DNA of 63,793 bases, counting the filler, from Octopus bimaculoides (Eukaryota): the NCBI RefSeq assembly GCF_001194135.2. It is 4 parts of 3 records of this genome, joined end to end, with 100 filler letters (N's around TTAATTAATTAA, not from the genome) between each part and the next. Parts side by side here need not be neighbours in the genome. Positions count along the whole stretch, not along the records: positions 55,866 to 63,793 come from NC_068983.1; 3 more parts are not named here. One strand, given 5' to 3'. Each line of letters opens with the position of its first letter. Position 1 is the stretch's first letter. This document shows, one piece after another, positions 62,601 through 63,793 of this stretch. Made by a program: the position numbers and the translations under genes. Below the pieces are notes generated by a model that was given only the letters and a program-made list of their open reading frames with translations, made no database searches and was not told where the DNA came from.

Positions 62601-63793
62601 GGTTACATACATGTATATATCACAGACACAAGGACATGTATGTGTGTCTTTGTGTCTGTGTTTCCCTCACACCCACAACAAATCAACAACCAGCGTAACT
62701 TAGTGGTTTGGCAAAAGAGACCAATAGAATAAGTATCCGGCTTTAAAAAACAAGTCCTGGGGTCAATTTGTTCAACTAAAATCGTTCAAGGCAGTACTCC
62801 ACCATGGCCACAGTCAAAAACGACTGAAACAAGTAAAAAAAAAAATTATTTCTGACAAGTTGTCTACAGGTCACAAATTTCAACTGACAAAAACCAAAAA
62901 AAATCCTACCTTATGCTGAGCTCTTCTTTTTGATTTTATTCTTTTCTTACCACAAACTTCATTCTCTCTTTCTCTCTCTTTTTCTCTCTCACTCTTTCTC
63001 TCTCTCCCCCATCAATTCAATCATGCACACTCCTTTGCAGTGACTAACTATTTACTATTTCCAGTAATTATTCTCATGGACTATGAGCAAAATAATCTTT
63101 TCCCTCCTCCATAAAGGGGATTTGGTTTGAAACATCAAAAGATCTTCACCTACTAACTTTAACTGATAAAATTTTATACCTTACTAATTAAAAACAATTT
63201 TCTATTGCTTCCTGTTTTGTGTTTTTTTAAATTTTTTTTACTGTTTTTTTATTTCATAGGAGTGTGTATAAAATCAAGCATGTATATACATGCAAACACA
63301 TATGCAAACATTAATAATCCTATTTATATATATGTGTCTACACATAAATATGTTTGCATGAAATACACTCACATACATAAGTGCATATAAAACACATAAA
63401 CACACACAAACCTGCCCTTTGTCAGATGATGATTCACCTGGCTAGATGAGGATGTAGGGGAGATGGTGTGGGGTGGTAAAGGAGAAGCAAGGATGGGAGG
63501 GCAGCTCTAAAATACTGTCAGATGGTAGTAATTTTAGCAAGCAGCAGTCTATTTTTAGAAAAACCTGACAGTGGAGGGCAGGAAGATCAGGGTGTGAGAG
63601 AGGGCTGATGGCAGGTAGAACTGAGTTGCAAATAAAATGTACCTGTAGAGTTTGTGTGTGTGAGCATGTACATATATATACACACATGTGTGTGTGTATA
63701 CATATATACATATATATATATATTATATATTCACATATACGTATAACATACATATCTCTCTTTCTCTCTCTCTCTCTAATATATATATAGGTG

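Overview
Eukaryotic, AT-rich, microsatellite- and transposon-dense draft genomic DNA with many N gaps. The SINE families and repeat landscape suggest a cephalopod such as Octopus; this is inference. One host gene is clearly recognisable: the last two exons of a minus-strand aquaporin (12747-12827 and 6302-6541). It has classical AQP1/AQP4-type exon geometry, but Leu replaces the conserved ar/R Arg (NPAL instead of NPAR) and Asp replaces the TM6 Pro. Its upstream exons are not visible and may lie in gaps. The rest is decayed LINEs (Tx1/L1, CR1, RTE, R4/Dong-like), a Penelope-like GIY-YIG fragment, Tc1/mariner/maT, hAT and piggyBac-type elements, two dominant tRNA-derived SINE families, five minimal hammerhead-ribozyme-like motifs and several long inverted repeats. 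A sharp switch at about 32.5 kb separates a CpG-retaining left half from a CpG-decayed right half, suggesting a methylated gene body whose gene I could not identify. No prokaryotic features (CRISPR, rRNA, operons) were seen.
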